This document shows, one piece after another, positions 11,380-23,344 of a DNA stretch of 64,000 nt. The notes beneath the pieces were generated by a model, which saw nothing but the letters and a program-made list of their open reading frames with translations, was not told the origin of the DNA and did not search any database. Origin of the DNA: Eledone cirrhosa. Its lineage: Eukaryota. The translations under genes and the position numbers were made by a program. The stretch spans positions 266,476,001 to 266,540,000 of the forward strand of contig OZ024742.1 in assembly GCA_964016885.1 (NCBI GenBank), in the 5' to 3' direction. Positions within the stretch are counted from its first letter, which is position 1. Each line of letters begins with the position of its first letter.

Positions 11380-14300
11380 CCCGTGACCAAGAAATACCGG
11401 GATGGCGGCCGGCGGGGAATAGCCATGTCTCTAGGGGAGAACGACCCCTCTAGTCTTGGTTGACACTCGTTCTAGAAGTGGTAACACGAAATGATTACCC
11501 CTTGGCGGATAAGGATAAAACGCGACAAAATAAAGTAAATGTCTAATGATAAAATCTCATACCGGATCGGCCGTCACCCGGGTAAAAAAGGGCCGCGTCC
11601 CTCAGAGAGGAACCAGACTGGGGTCGAAAAATCAGCTAATGGTTCAAACCTTCCCATCACTTCGGAGCTGGAGACCTCCCATAACCGGAATACTCCTACT
11701 GTTGGCCCTCCATGCTCACCACCAAGAAATCCAAAGAAAAAGAGAGAAAAATGGTCAAGGGAAGATAATAAAGAAGTCCTTGAGGCTTTCTACACTGCCA
11801 TGTACTACCCATCAAATACATCGAATACAGAACTGGAAAAAGAAACATCCCGAAAACAGAGGCTATATTGACAGTAACAAACTAGCCAATATACGAAGAA
11901 ATATTGTAAGAAAAAAGTTACTAACTGATATAGAAATTGATCAGATCAAGCTAGTAGCACAAAGTCAGCGAAGGGAAAATGAAGAATGTGTCAGTGAAAA
12001 CGAGGTAAACTGTAACACTTCGAATCCCAGGGCTGGGGCGGAATCACTGGCAACAGAACAAATTAAAGAAAGGAGCGAAAAAGTGGAGGGAGTGCATGCT
12101 CAGGATGAAACTCCAAATGAAAATAATGAGATCGTAAATGATAAAGAAATGAATGAGAATGAACTTGCCAACTTGAAGGATAAAATTATGATCGAATGGA
12201 TGAAAATGAAAGAATCTGACATGGGGCAACGAGACACCCTCCCTAAGATCCAGAACTCCAAACAGAACCAAAAGATAATACACAAGACTAACATAATTCT
12301 CAAAAACATTATCATCACAAACAAACTAAACATTACTGACTTAAATCATCTCTATTATGCATCGGCTAAAGTCACCACTCACTTATGTGGAGTGAAGATG
12401 AAAAAACAAAGGAATTCCCACAAGAAATCTACTTGGCAAGATAACATCAATCGCCAAATAAACCTTCTCCGATCTGACATAGAAATTTTAACAAACTATA
12501 AAGTAGGTGAACATGTTAAACAAACTAAACTTAGAAAATTGAAAAAAAAGTACAGTATAAGATCAACATGTGACATAGACATGCTGATAGAAACAATCAA
12601 GCAAAAAGTGTCGGCCAAAGCTGCTCGTATAAGGCGCTTTGAAAAACGATCTAGATTCTATAATGACAATAATATGTTCAAAAACAACCAAAGAAACTTC
12701 TACAGAAAAATTGGTAAGTCAACAATAACTGCTAAATCAATACCACCCAAGGAGGAAGTGCAAGAATTCTGGGAAAAGATCTGGGCCGAAGAAAAAGTTC
12801 ATAACATATATGCCCCATGGATAGACAGACAAATGAAAGAAACAGCTCACCTTGAAGAACAAACATGGGAAAATATAACAGTTGAACAGCTGCGCTTGGC
12901 TCTAAGAAAAACCAGCAAATGGAAATCCCCAGGAAAAGACAAAATACAAAACTTTTGGATAAATGCCTTCACAGAGTCTCATGAGCTGTTAGCCCAACTT
13001 TACAATGAAATAGTTAAGGAGCCAGAAAAGATACCATCATGGCTAGTTAACGGCATTACATTCCTGCTACCGAAGAATGATGAGACAAACAATCCCCAAA
13101 ATTACAGACCGATAACCTGCTTGACCACAATGTATAAAATTTTAACATCAGTCCTAACTGAATACACATATGACCACCTGATAACAAATGACCTATTTCC
13201 CATTGAGCAGAAAGGGTGTAAACGAGGCTCATATGGCTGTAAGGATCAGCTTCTGGTTAACAAAATGATACTGGAAGATTGTCATAATAGACACAAAAAT
13301 CTATCGATTGCTTGGATAGATTATAAAAAAGCATTCGATAGTTTGCCACACAGTTGGATTGAAAAATGTTTAGAGATTTTCAAAATATCCCCCGTTGTCA
13401 GGAGGTTTTTGTCATTCAGTATGAGGACATGGAGAACGACATTCCTTTTGAATAGTGAAACAAAATCACTGGAAGCTGGAGAAGTTAATATTAATTGTGG
13501 AATTTTTCAGGGTGACTCTTTATCACCGCTTTTATTCTGCATCGCACTTATACCATTAAGTAAAATGCTCAATGAAACAAAACATGGATATAGAGTCTAT
13601 GACAAAACCATTAATCACCTGTTCTACATGGATGACCTGCAACTATTTGCAAAAAATGATGAACAATTGCAAGGGCTATTATCCACTGTGAAGCAGTTCA
13701 GTGATGACATTAAAATGGAGTTTGGACTGGATAAATGCGCCAAAGCAACGTTCACCAGAGGAAAGCTGCTGAAGAGTTCAGACATTAATCTTGATCGGGG
13801 GAACGTGATAAGAGAGCTTGATCAAGAAAAAACTTACAAATATCTAGGTGTTTGTGAAGGAGACGGAATCAAGCACTCGACAATGAGGGAAAGGATAAGG
13901 AAGGAATGTTACCGCAGAGTCAGAGCAATCTTAAGAACGGAATTGAATGCAAGGAATAGGATCGATGCCATAAACACGCTTGCCATACCAGTAGTAACCT
14001 ACAGTTACAATGTCATCAACTGGTCAAGCACAGAGATCTGTAGGCTCGATACAAAAATCCGAAAATTCTTAACCATGCACAGAATGCATCACCCTAAGGC
14101 AGACATAGATAGAATATATCTCCCTAGGAAAGAAGGAGGACGTGGGTTAATCCAGTTAGACATTGCGTTGAAAACTGCAACAATTGGATTATCCACATAT
14201 CTAAGGGAATCACATGATTGGATGATCAAACTCGTTTTGAAACACGAAAGCACCAAAAGATCATATTCCATTACAAAAGATGCACAAAGATACAGTAATG

Positions 14301-15330
14301 GACTACAAATTTCAGAAGTCCCATTTACTGCTGAAATGGAAAACACAGAAAAAGCAAAGCAGGTAAAAGTAACTGCAAAGAAAGAACTGCTACAGAAACT
14401 GGCTAAGAAATGGCAAGAAAAGCCTCTGTATGGAAAATACGCAGAGCGAGCTAACAATCCTGATGTTGACAAAACTTTAACCCATCAGTGGTTGGCATCC
14501 TCTGGACTGAAATCGGAGACTGAAGGACTGATTATATCGGCACAAGATCAGTGTCTGCCAACAAAAAATTACCAAGCCAACATAATAAAAAATGGGTGTA
14601 GCCCATTATGCCGTGTATGCAAAAAACAACCAGAGACCATTGACCATATAATTTCAATGTGCAGTCCTATAGCTCCAACCGAATACCTAAACAGGCATGA
14701 CAGAGCTGCACAATACATACATTGGATAATGTGTAAGCATTTTTACCTGCCCCATCAGAAGAATTGGTGGGAGCATCAACCACCTCCCACATATGAAAAA
14801 GATCACATCTCAATCTTGTGGAACTTCAGCATCCAAACAGACCGAAAAATAGATGCAAATAGACCTGATATAATATTGAAGGACTTTCAAAGGAGGGTAT
14901 GCCTGCTAATTGATATGTCTGTTCCAATAGACAAGAATGTATCTATAAAAACATTTGAAAAATTGAGCAAGTATAAGGACCTGGAGATAGAAATTGGAAA
15001 AATGTGGAAATTGAGAACTAAAACAATACCAGTGGTTGTAGGCGCTCTGGGAATGATACCTAAGGGGTCTAACGACTACTTATCGCAAATCCCAGGAAAC
15101 CCGCGTATAGGAGAAATACAAAAGATAGTACTAATGGGAACTGCCCATATACTAAGGAAGATCCTGTCAATATAAGTACATCACAAGTCTAAACACTAAG
15201 GATGCATGTGTGAATATGTATGTTCTTTCTTGAACATGGCGGACCTTGTTGTCTCTTGAGGTCACTGGTTGTGACTTGGTGATAACTCGTATAAACATAA
15301 AGCAAGATAAATGCAAATAATAATAATAAT
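11380..15330 (+). mobile_element. Near-intact R4/Dong-type RLE non-LTR retrotransposon (family A) ending in (AAT)n
   Basis: N-terminal KWSREDNKEV motif, RT ([36 protein letters not shown]), CCHC (CRVC...ETIDHIISMC), RLE (RHD, NRPDI, IDMSVP, KLSKY). Confidence 0.93.
11539..15175 (+). CDS. R4-type polyprotein (RT + CCHC + restriction-like endonuclease); one frameshift near 11830
   Basis: The plausible N-terminus is in ORF 11539-11871 and continues in the frame of ORF 11546-15175 from WKKKHPENR; otherwise open for ~1110 codons. Confidence 0.88.
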
Positions 15331-16148
15331 GTTTTCTTTATTAACCACAAGGGTTCACATAAAGTAGACATTAAGGACAGTACAGGACAATACAGGACGG
15401 TACAAATGGGCATTTCTGCGTGTAAAAAAAACAGAGGTTGAAATAAAATAACAAAGAAAAATTCCCCAATATGGGGGAGACTTCCAAGGTACATTTGTGG
15501 AGAAAGCCCATTAAAAGACCAAAGTGGCCCTGACCACCAGGGCAAGTGCCCTCTCCCAGTTTTCCACCTTTAATTTACAGACACATACTCAGAGAAGGCC
15601 CATTCATTCGGGCCATACTTGCTTCTCTCACCCATCTTTCAACAAAATGCTGGGAAGAGAGCACTTCCCTCTCTACCCTGATTTTCATTTTCAAATGAAA
15701 TTTGAAAAAGTTAATCAGGGCATCACCGAAGAGGTAAGTGCTCGTCTTCAGCCCTTTCAAACGTGTCCACCATACTATCTCTTTCGCCATGGCCACCAGA
15801 CAGATAAAAACTGCCTGCCCTTCTAGGCTAAAGGAAGGGGGCGGGGCAATCCTCACGATGGACTCAGCTGATAGCCGGATCCGTCCTACACGTGACAGCA
15901 GGTGTTCGACATAAACCCACAAGTCAGCAATGCTCGGACACTGGACGAGTGCGTGCAGGACGGTTTCGTCGCCCTGCGCGCATCTCGGACATGCCCGGCT
16001 GACGGCACCTCCATGCCTGTAAAGTTTATCTCGAACTGGCAAAGCACCCCGGTAGCACTGCCAGGCCAGGGATTTCTGGAAGTTGTCCATAGGCCCCGGC
16101 CCGAAAGTCCTTCCGAAGAGATTGGCTAATTGATTTTCGTCGACGCCT
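15330..16148 (-). mobile_element. 5'-truncated Tx1 copy (3' ~820 bp) flanked by (TAA)n on both sides
   Basis: Reverse complement of 18607-19430 (LPVRDKL, CPRC...ETVLHALVQC zinc motif, AATAAA); flanks aataataataataat at 15316-15330 and taataataataat at 16148-16160. Confidence 0.9.
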
Positions 16149-16161
16149 AATAATAATAATC

Positions 16162-16523
16162 GTCCCTGATTGTGGATGTGGCTTGCCCATTCGAAACGAG
16201 AGTGCAAGAGAAGGAGAGGGAGAAATTTAACCGATACCAGGACTTAAAGTGGGAGGGAAAAAAGGATTTGGAACTGCCACGAAGTCAAAGATTGTCATAG
16301 GCGCACTAGGTACTATCTCAAGGAGTTTCCAGGGATGGTTAAAGAAGATTAGTCCAGCCCCGCTATTTGGAACACTTCAAAGGGCATGCTTGCTGGGAAC
16401 AGCAAGAACCCTCAGATATGTCATGAATATCTGAGGTTGCAGGTAGCAGCTTGATATTCATTTCAACAAACTTTCCAGTTAAATAACATCAATGACTGAG
16501 ACTCAAAGAACAATAATAATAAC

Positions 16524-16567
<44 letters not shown>

Positions 16568-16992
16568 GACCAGGGGATGTCCAAGGAGGAAATAACAACA
16601 AGATGAAAGAGCAATCTTCATGAAAAATACCTTCATAGTACCTTCTTTGAGAAAACTGAATTTAGAGATCCACAGACATGGAACTGGTTTAAAAGAGGAG
16701 ACCTTAAAAAGGCTACAGAACGAATGCTAATGGCTGCGCAAGAGCAGGCCCTCAAAACGAAGTTGGTGAAACACCATATTTACAAGGAGGAGGCTAGCCT
16801 ACTGTGTAGGATCTGTGGAGAGAGAGAGAGAGAGAGAGAGAGGAGACTGTGGCTCACATTGTATCCGAGTGTAAACACCTAGCGCAGACTCACTATAACG
16901 GCTGGAGAGATGATGTGATGGGCAGGGTGATCCACTGGCACCTATGCAAAGTAAACAATTTACCACATTCTGAGAAGTGGTATGAGCATAAG
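16162..16992 (+). mobile_element. Two rearranged fragments of R4 family B: 3' end with (AAT)n tail, then an internal piece
   Basis: 16165-16520 matches 26585-26940; 16567-16992 matches 26050-26463 and carries an expanded (GA)n. Confidence 0.85.
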
Positions 16993-16994
16993 CA

Positions 16995-19435
16995 GCGATG
17001 GGCCGGGTCGAGGGATGGACTTTAGTGTCTACCTCGACGGACTGCCGCGGCTCTCGGCCACTGAGGCAGAGTGTTGCGAAAAGCCGATAACAGCCGCTGA
17101 AGTACGGGAGGCAATGACTCGCTGCACAAGGGGTAAATCGCCTGGTTTTGATGGTCTGCGCTATGAACTTTATGTACAGATGCCAGACTTGTTCAGAGGC
17201 CTCTTGGCGGACGTCTACTGAAACTGGCAACAGAACGGGAGAATTCCCAGCTCTGTGAGCCGAGGAGCGGTGGCACTGCTGAGAAAGGATCCGAACAAGG
17301 GGGATAGCATAGATAATTTCAGGCCCATAACTCTGCTAAACACAGAGTTCAAGATTTTGGCCAAGCTGCTAGCAAAGAGGTTGGCGCTTGTCGTTGGTGA
17401 TCTGGTGGGAGAGGCGCAGACATGCGCCATTCCCGACAGATCCATCCACGACAACCTCCACCTCATGCGATACATCGTAGAGAGGGTAACTAGGGAACCT
17501 GGCACGGGTGGGTCTTTGATCAATTTAGATCAGTCGAAAGCTTTCGATAGGGTCGACCATCGTTACCTAGCGGCAGTCCTGAGGGCGGCTGGCTTTGGGC
17601 CCGTCTTCAGAGGCTGGATCGCTGCCATGCACAGTGACATCTGTTCTGTGGTGAGAGTGAACGGTCACCTTTCGGAACCGTTCAACATCATGCGCTCGGT
17701 CCGCCAAGGATGTCCCCTCTCGTCCTTCTTGTACGTATTGACTCTCGAGCCATTACTTCACAAACTGGAGACGATGAGGAGCGTCCCGCCCGAACTAGGA
17801 TGCGGAAGATCCGTGTCAGCATATGCGGACGATGTCACCGTAGTGGTGTCGAACGGCAAACACATCGAGGCGATCGGCACTACACTAAGAGAATACGAAG
17901 CGGTGACAGGAGCAATGATCAACCAGGAAAAGTCAGTGGGCCTGTAGCTCGGCACCTGGAGAGGCAGGTCCATGCCGTCCAACAGCGTCGTTGGACGCTG
18001 GACGGACGGACTGGTTAAATTGCTAGGGGTCTGGTTCGGTCCGGACCGCCAGACGGACAAAAGCTGGGACGAGGTGACGAGCAGGGTGGTTTCTCTCACC
18101 CAGAAATGGGCGGAGAGGAAGCTATCCCTGAAAGGTCGATCGGAGGTGGCTAACGCGTACATCGCGTCTGTCATCTGCTACCGCCTGGCCCTCTTACCTT
18201 GTCCCAAGCCCCGCCTGACTGCGCTGGAGCGTTTGCTCTTTCACTTTTTGTGGAAGGGACGCGCTCCGATGGTCAGGCGATCCATCTGCTGTCAACACCC
18301 GCTACGTGGAGGGCTGGGCATGCCGTGACTGATAATGCGCAGACGCGCTCAGGCTACGACATCTCCACCTCGACGGTGATCAGCTGTGGTCGCCGTTTGC
18401 TAGACACGTATTTCCTCAGCTCGTTTCCTTGACGGAGCTGCAGCCCTGGCTCAAGCGAAGACCGAGAGGGAGCGCCTGGAGACTGGAATGTCTTCAGGCG
18501 CTCACAGCCCTTGACCAATCGGGCAATGTGATCAGTGGAAACTCCACCTCGGCGTTCTATAGAGGATTAGTGGAGGGGAAGAGCGACGACGTACTTGGGG
18601 AAACTCTAGGCGTCGACGAAAATCAACTAGCCAATCTCTTCGGAAGAACTTTCGGGCCGGGACCTATGGACAACTTCCAGAAACCTCTGACCTGGCAGTG
18701 CTACCGAGGAGCCTTGCCAGTTCGGGATAAACTCCAGAGGCATGGAGGTGCCGTCAGCCGGGCATGTCCGAGATGCGCGCAGGGCGACGAGACCGTACTG
18801 CACGCACTCGTCCAGTGTCCGCAAATTGCTGACTTGTGGGTTTATGTCGAACACCTGCTGTCGCGTGTAGGACGGATCCGGCTATCATCTGAGTCCATCG
18901 TGAGGATTGCCCCGCCCTCCTCTTTTAGCCGGGAAGGGCAGGCAGTTTTTATCTGTTTGGTGGCCATGGCGAAAGAGATAGTATGGTGGACACGTTTGAA
19001 AGGGCTGAAGACGAGCACTTACCTCTTCGGTGATGCCCTGATTGACTTTTTCAAATTTCTTTTGAAAAGGAAAATCAGAGTAGAGAGGGAAGTGCTCTCT
19101 TCCCAGCATTTTGTTGAAAGATGGGTGAGAGAAGCAAGAATGGCCCGAGTGAATGGGCCTACTCTGAGTATATATCTGTAAATTAAAGGTGGACAACTGG
19201 GAGAGGGCACTTGCCTTGGTGGTCAGGGTCACTGTGGCCTTTTACTGGGCTTTCTCCACAAATGTCCCTCCGAAGTCTCCCCCCTATTGGGGAATTTTTC
19301 ATTGTTATTTTTTGTTACATCCTCTGTTTTTGTTTTTTACACGCAGAAATGCCCATTTGTACCGTCCTGTATTGTCCTGCACTGTCCTTAATGTCTACTT
19401 CATGTAAACCCTTGTGGTTAATAAAGAAATCACTA
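16995..19435 (+). mobile_element. 5'-truncated Tx1 copy (RT to 3'UTR)
   Basis: ORFs 17255-17947 (SAYADD), 17972-18328 (LSLKGR, GGLG) and 18429-19181; high identity to the reverse complement of 5767-6740; ends aataaagaaatcac(tat)n. Confidence 0.92.
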
Positions 19436-19444
19436 TTATTATTA

Positions 19445-21315
19445 TTGTTATTACTCTTTGCGTCTCAGTCATTGATGTTAGTTAACTGGAAAGTTTGTTG
19501 AAATGAATATCAACCCACTACCTGCAGCCTCAGATATTCAGAACGTATCGGAGGGTTCTTGCTATTCCCAGCAAGCATGCCTTTTGAAGCGTTCCAAAAA
19601 GCGTGAAGGGGCCAATTTTCTTTAACCATCCCTGGAAACTCTTTGAGATAGTCCCTAGTGCGCCTATGACAATCGGGACCACTTTGACTTCATGGCAGTT
19701 CCAAATCTTTTTACCTCCCACTTTAAGTCCTGGTATCGGTTAATTTTCTCCACAATCAGGCACAATCTTTTTTCCTGGTCCCAAACCACCAGGTCAGGTC
19801 TATTGTGTTCCAGTTTCTTGTCCGTCTGTATCCTAAAATCCCACAGCACCTTCACCTGATCGTTTTCTATCACCGCCTCTGGCTTATGCTCATACCACTT
19901 CTCAGAATGTGGTAAATTGTTTACTTTGTATAGGTGCCTGTGGATCACCCTGCCCATCACATCATATCTCCAGCCCTTATAGTGAGTCTGGGCTAGGTGT
20001 TTACACTCGGATACAATGTGAGCCACAGTCTCCTCTCTCTCTCCACAGATCCTGCACAGTGGGCTAGCCTCCTCCTTGTAAATGTGGTGTTTCAACCACT
20101 TCGTTTTGAGGGCCTGCTCCTGCGCAGCCATTAACATTCCTTCTGTAGCCTTTTTAAGGTCTCCTCTTTTCAACCAGTTCCATGTCTGTGGATCTCTAAA
20201 TTCAGTTTTCTCAAAGAAGGTACTATGAAGGGATTTTTCCTGAAGGCTGCTCTTTCTGCTTGATGTTATTTCCTCCTTGGACATCCCCTGGCCTATTGTC
20301 CCCTCCTTCAGTACAGTTCTGAGCATTGGCTCCTTACTATCAGTCACGTATTTGTGTAGGTTGTTTTTCTCCATCTGAACACAGTCCTCTATGCTGATAA
20401 GACCTCTTCCACCTTCAGATCTCCTTAAGTAGAATCTATCGACATCACTCCTCTTGTGGAACATATTGTAGATAGTCAATAGCTTCCTAGTCTTCCTATC
20501 CATTTCTTTTTGTTCAGCAACATTCTATCTCAGAATTCCCGCACTGTACCTAATAATAGACACAGCTCGAGAATTTACTGCACTTATGGCATTCCTACTG
20601 TTCAGATGTGACTTTAATACGCTCCTTACTCTCCGAAGGTATTCAGTTCTTATCAATTCCTTCATTTTTTTTGTTCTTGATGTCATCAGCCTCCAGAACG
20701 CCCAAATACTTGTATCCTTCCTCAGAGTCAATTTCCTTTATCATCTCACCTGTTGGTATCTGGATTCCGTTACTTCTGCTCAACTTACCCCTCCTCATCA
20801 CAATGACTCCACACTTACTAATACCAAATTGCATACATATATCACTGCTGAAAATACGGACAGTGTCAACAAGCACATCCAACTCCTTCTCACTCTTCCC
20901 GAAGAGCTTAAGATCGTCCATGAAGAGGAGGTGATTGATGGTAAGCCCTCATTTTCCCAACCTGTATCCTCCTCTCACTTTTCGCAGTACACTGGTCAGG
21001 GGCATCAGGGCAAGGACAAACAACAGAGGGGACAGACTATCTCTCTGGAAGATACCTCTCTTGATTTTCACGCTTCCCAAGGATTCTCCAGTTGATGTTA
21101 ACTCTGTTTCCCAGGACTTCATACTTTTGCCCAACAACTGTCTGATGTTATCTGCCACCTTGAAGATCTCCAGGCTTTTGGTGATCCAAGAATGAGGCAC
21201 CATGTATGGTTACATAACCACCGGTGAATTACTTGTCTCCGGTGGTTTCGCCACTCCACGTGACTTTTGTGTGGCATTATCACGCTGTAGACGAACCCAA
21301 ATAAACAAACAAACA
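19445..21315 (-). mobile_element. R4 family B copy, decayed; 3' half joined directly to a copy of the leader
   Basis: 19455-21203 is the reverse complement of 25158-26935 (MDDLKLF, CRIC...ETVAHIVSEC, NRPD); 21202-21315 resembles the reverse complement of 23345-23460. Confidence 0.88.
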
Positions 21316-21474
21316 AACAGGCAGAAAACCCCCCCAAAATGAATAAGCATAAGTTTCATTGTAATGTAGTGTTTGAATGTCTGACTTAGTTTTTCCCTTC
21401 CCTTCTCTGTCCATCCGTTTGTTTTTCTCTTCATTTTTATTTCCTTTACGTTTTTCATTGTTGCTGTGCTGCTT

Positions 21475-22890
21475 TGATTTTGATTTTTGTTTTTTTTTTG
21501 ATTTTGACCGGGTCATCAATTCAGTCTATTTATATATTTTGATGCCTTCCTCTTTTAGTGAGAATTCTACAATGTAGCAGGGGCTAGCGGGAGAGAATAG
21601 CGGCGGTAGTGACAATGAGGCAGCGGCGGCGGCGGCGATGGCGGTGCTGTGCCAGCGGAAACTAGCAATTGGTAGTGGGAGAGAATAGCGGCGGTAGCGA
21701 TAATGAGGCAGCGGCGGTGGCGATGTGGTCGTATTACTGTAGCGATGGTGTTGAAGATGGAGTAGAAATTTGAGTCGACTTGACCAGAGTTTTCATCGTG
21801 GCAGTGGTGGTGGCACTGGTGGTGATATTATCTTTAGTGAAATTATCATTAGTCGCGTATATGTGTTGACATATTTTCTTAATATTGGAATTAAACATTT
21901 TGTTAAAACTAAAACTTGATTTTTATTTATTTATTTTTTTATTTTGACCGGGTCATCAATTCAGTCTATTTATATATTTTGATGTTTTCCTCTTTTAGTG
22001 AGAATTCTACAATGTAGCAGGGGGTAGCGGGAGAGAATAGCGGCGGTAGTGATATTGAGGCAGCGGCGGCGGTGGTGGTGGCGGTGCTGTGCCAGCAGCA
22101 ACTAGCAGGTGGTAGTGGGAGAGAGTAGCGGCGGTAGCGATAATGCGGCAGTGGTGGTGGGGATGTGGTCGTATTACTGTAGCGATGGTGTTGAAGTTGG
22201 AGTAGAAATTTGAGTCGACTTGATCAGAGTTTTCATCGTGGTAGTGGTGGTGGTATTGGTGGTGAAATTATCTTTAGTGAAATTATCATTAGTCGCGTAT
22301 ATGTGTTGACATATTTTCTTAATATTGGAATTAAACATTTTGTTAAAACTAAAACTTGATTTTGATTTTTTTTTGTTTGATTTTGACCGGGTCATCAATT
22401 CAGTCTATTTATATATTTTGATGTTTTCCTCTTTTAGTGGAAATTCTACAATGTAACAGGGGGTAGCGGGAGAGAATAGCGGCGGTAGTGGTATTGAGGC
22501 AGCGGCGGCGGTGGTGGTGGCGGTGCTGTGCTAGCAGCAACTAGCAGGAGGTAGTGGGGGAGAATAGCGGCGGTAGCGATAATGATGCAGCGGTGGTGGT
22601 GATGTGGTCGTGTAACTGTAGTGATGGTGTTGAAGTTGAAGTAGAAATTTGAGTCGACTTGACCAGAGTTTTCATCGTGGTAGTGGTGGTGGTATTGGTG
22701 GTGAAATTATCTTTAGTGAAATTATCGTTAGTCGCGTATATGTGTTAACATATTTTCTTAATATTGGAATTAAACATTTTGTTAAAACTAAAACTTGATT
22801 TTGATTTTTGTTTTTTGTTGTTGTTGTTGTTAGCTGTTTGACCGGGTCTCTAAATCAGTCTATTTATATCTTTTGATGCCTTCCTCGCTT
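21475..22890. repeat. Tandem repeat, ~440-bp unit, ~3.2 copies
   Basis: tttgaccgggtc recurs at ~21503, 21943, 22382 and 22837; each unit has an internal gggagagaatagcggcggtag duplication. Confidence 0.92.
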
Positions 22891-23344
22891 CTATTCATCT
22901 GTAGTGACACTACTACCATCCCTCTCTTAACAGGAGGTAGTGAGGGAATAGTGGTGGAAGCGATGATGCAGTGGTGATGGTGGTGATGGGATAGTAGTAC
23001 TATAGCGATGGTGTTGCTGCAGCCTTTGATTTGTATGTTGTTTGTGGTACTGGTGGCAGCGGTGGTGGCGTAGGTGGTGAAATTATTTGGCTGTTGTGTG
23101 TAACCATTTTCTTTTTTTGACTCTAAAATTTTTGATACAAAATTAAATATTAAATATTGGAGCCCTATGCCATAATGTGATGCGTTATCACTTTCTGAGA
23201 GTTAAGACTGGTATTTTATGTTCCATTTGTAATAAGAATTATTCTATCACAATTGTTTTAAATATGTAAAAAAATCAAAAACTTACGGGAGCGATTCCAT
23301 AACACTCTATCTACCATGTGCGTACCTTCCCTATTTTCATCTAT

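Noticed and set aside
11400-11500. HDV-like or twister ribozyme at the R4-A and RTE 5' ends
   Set aside because: Could not fit the nested double pseudoknot or the twister consensus by eye; reported only as a shared stem-loop
21475-22890. CRISPR-like or coding tandem array
   Set aside because: Whole 440-bp units repeat with no unique spacers; eukaryotic context
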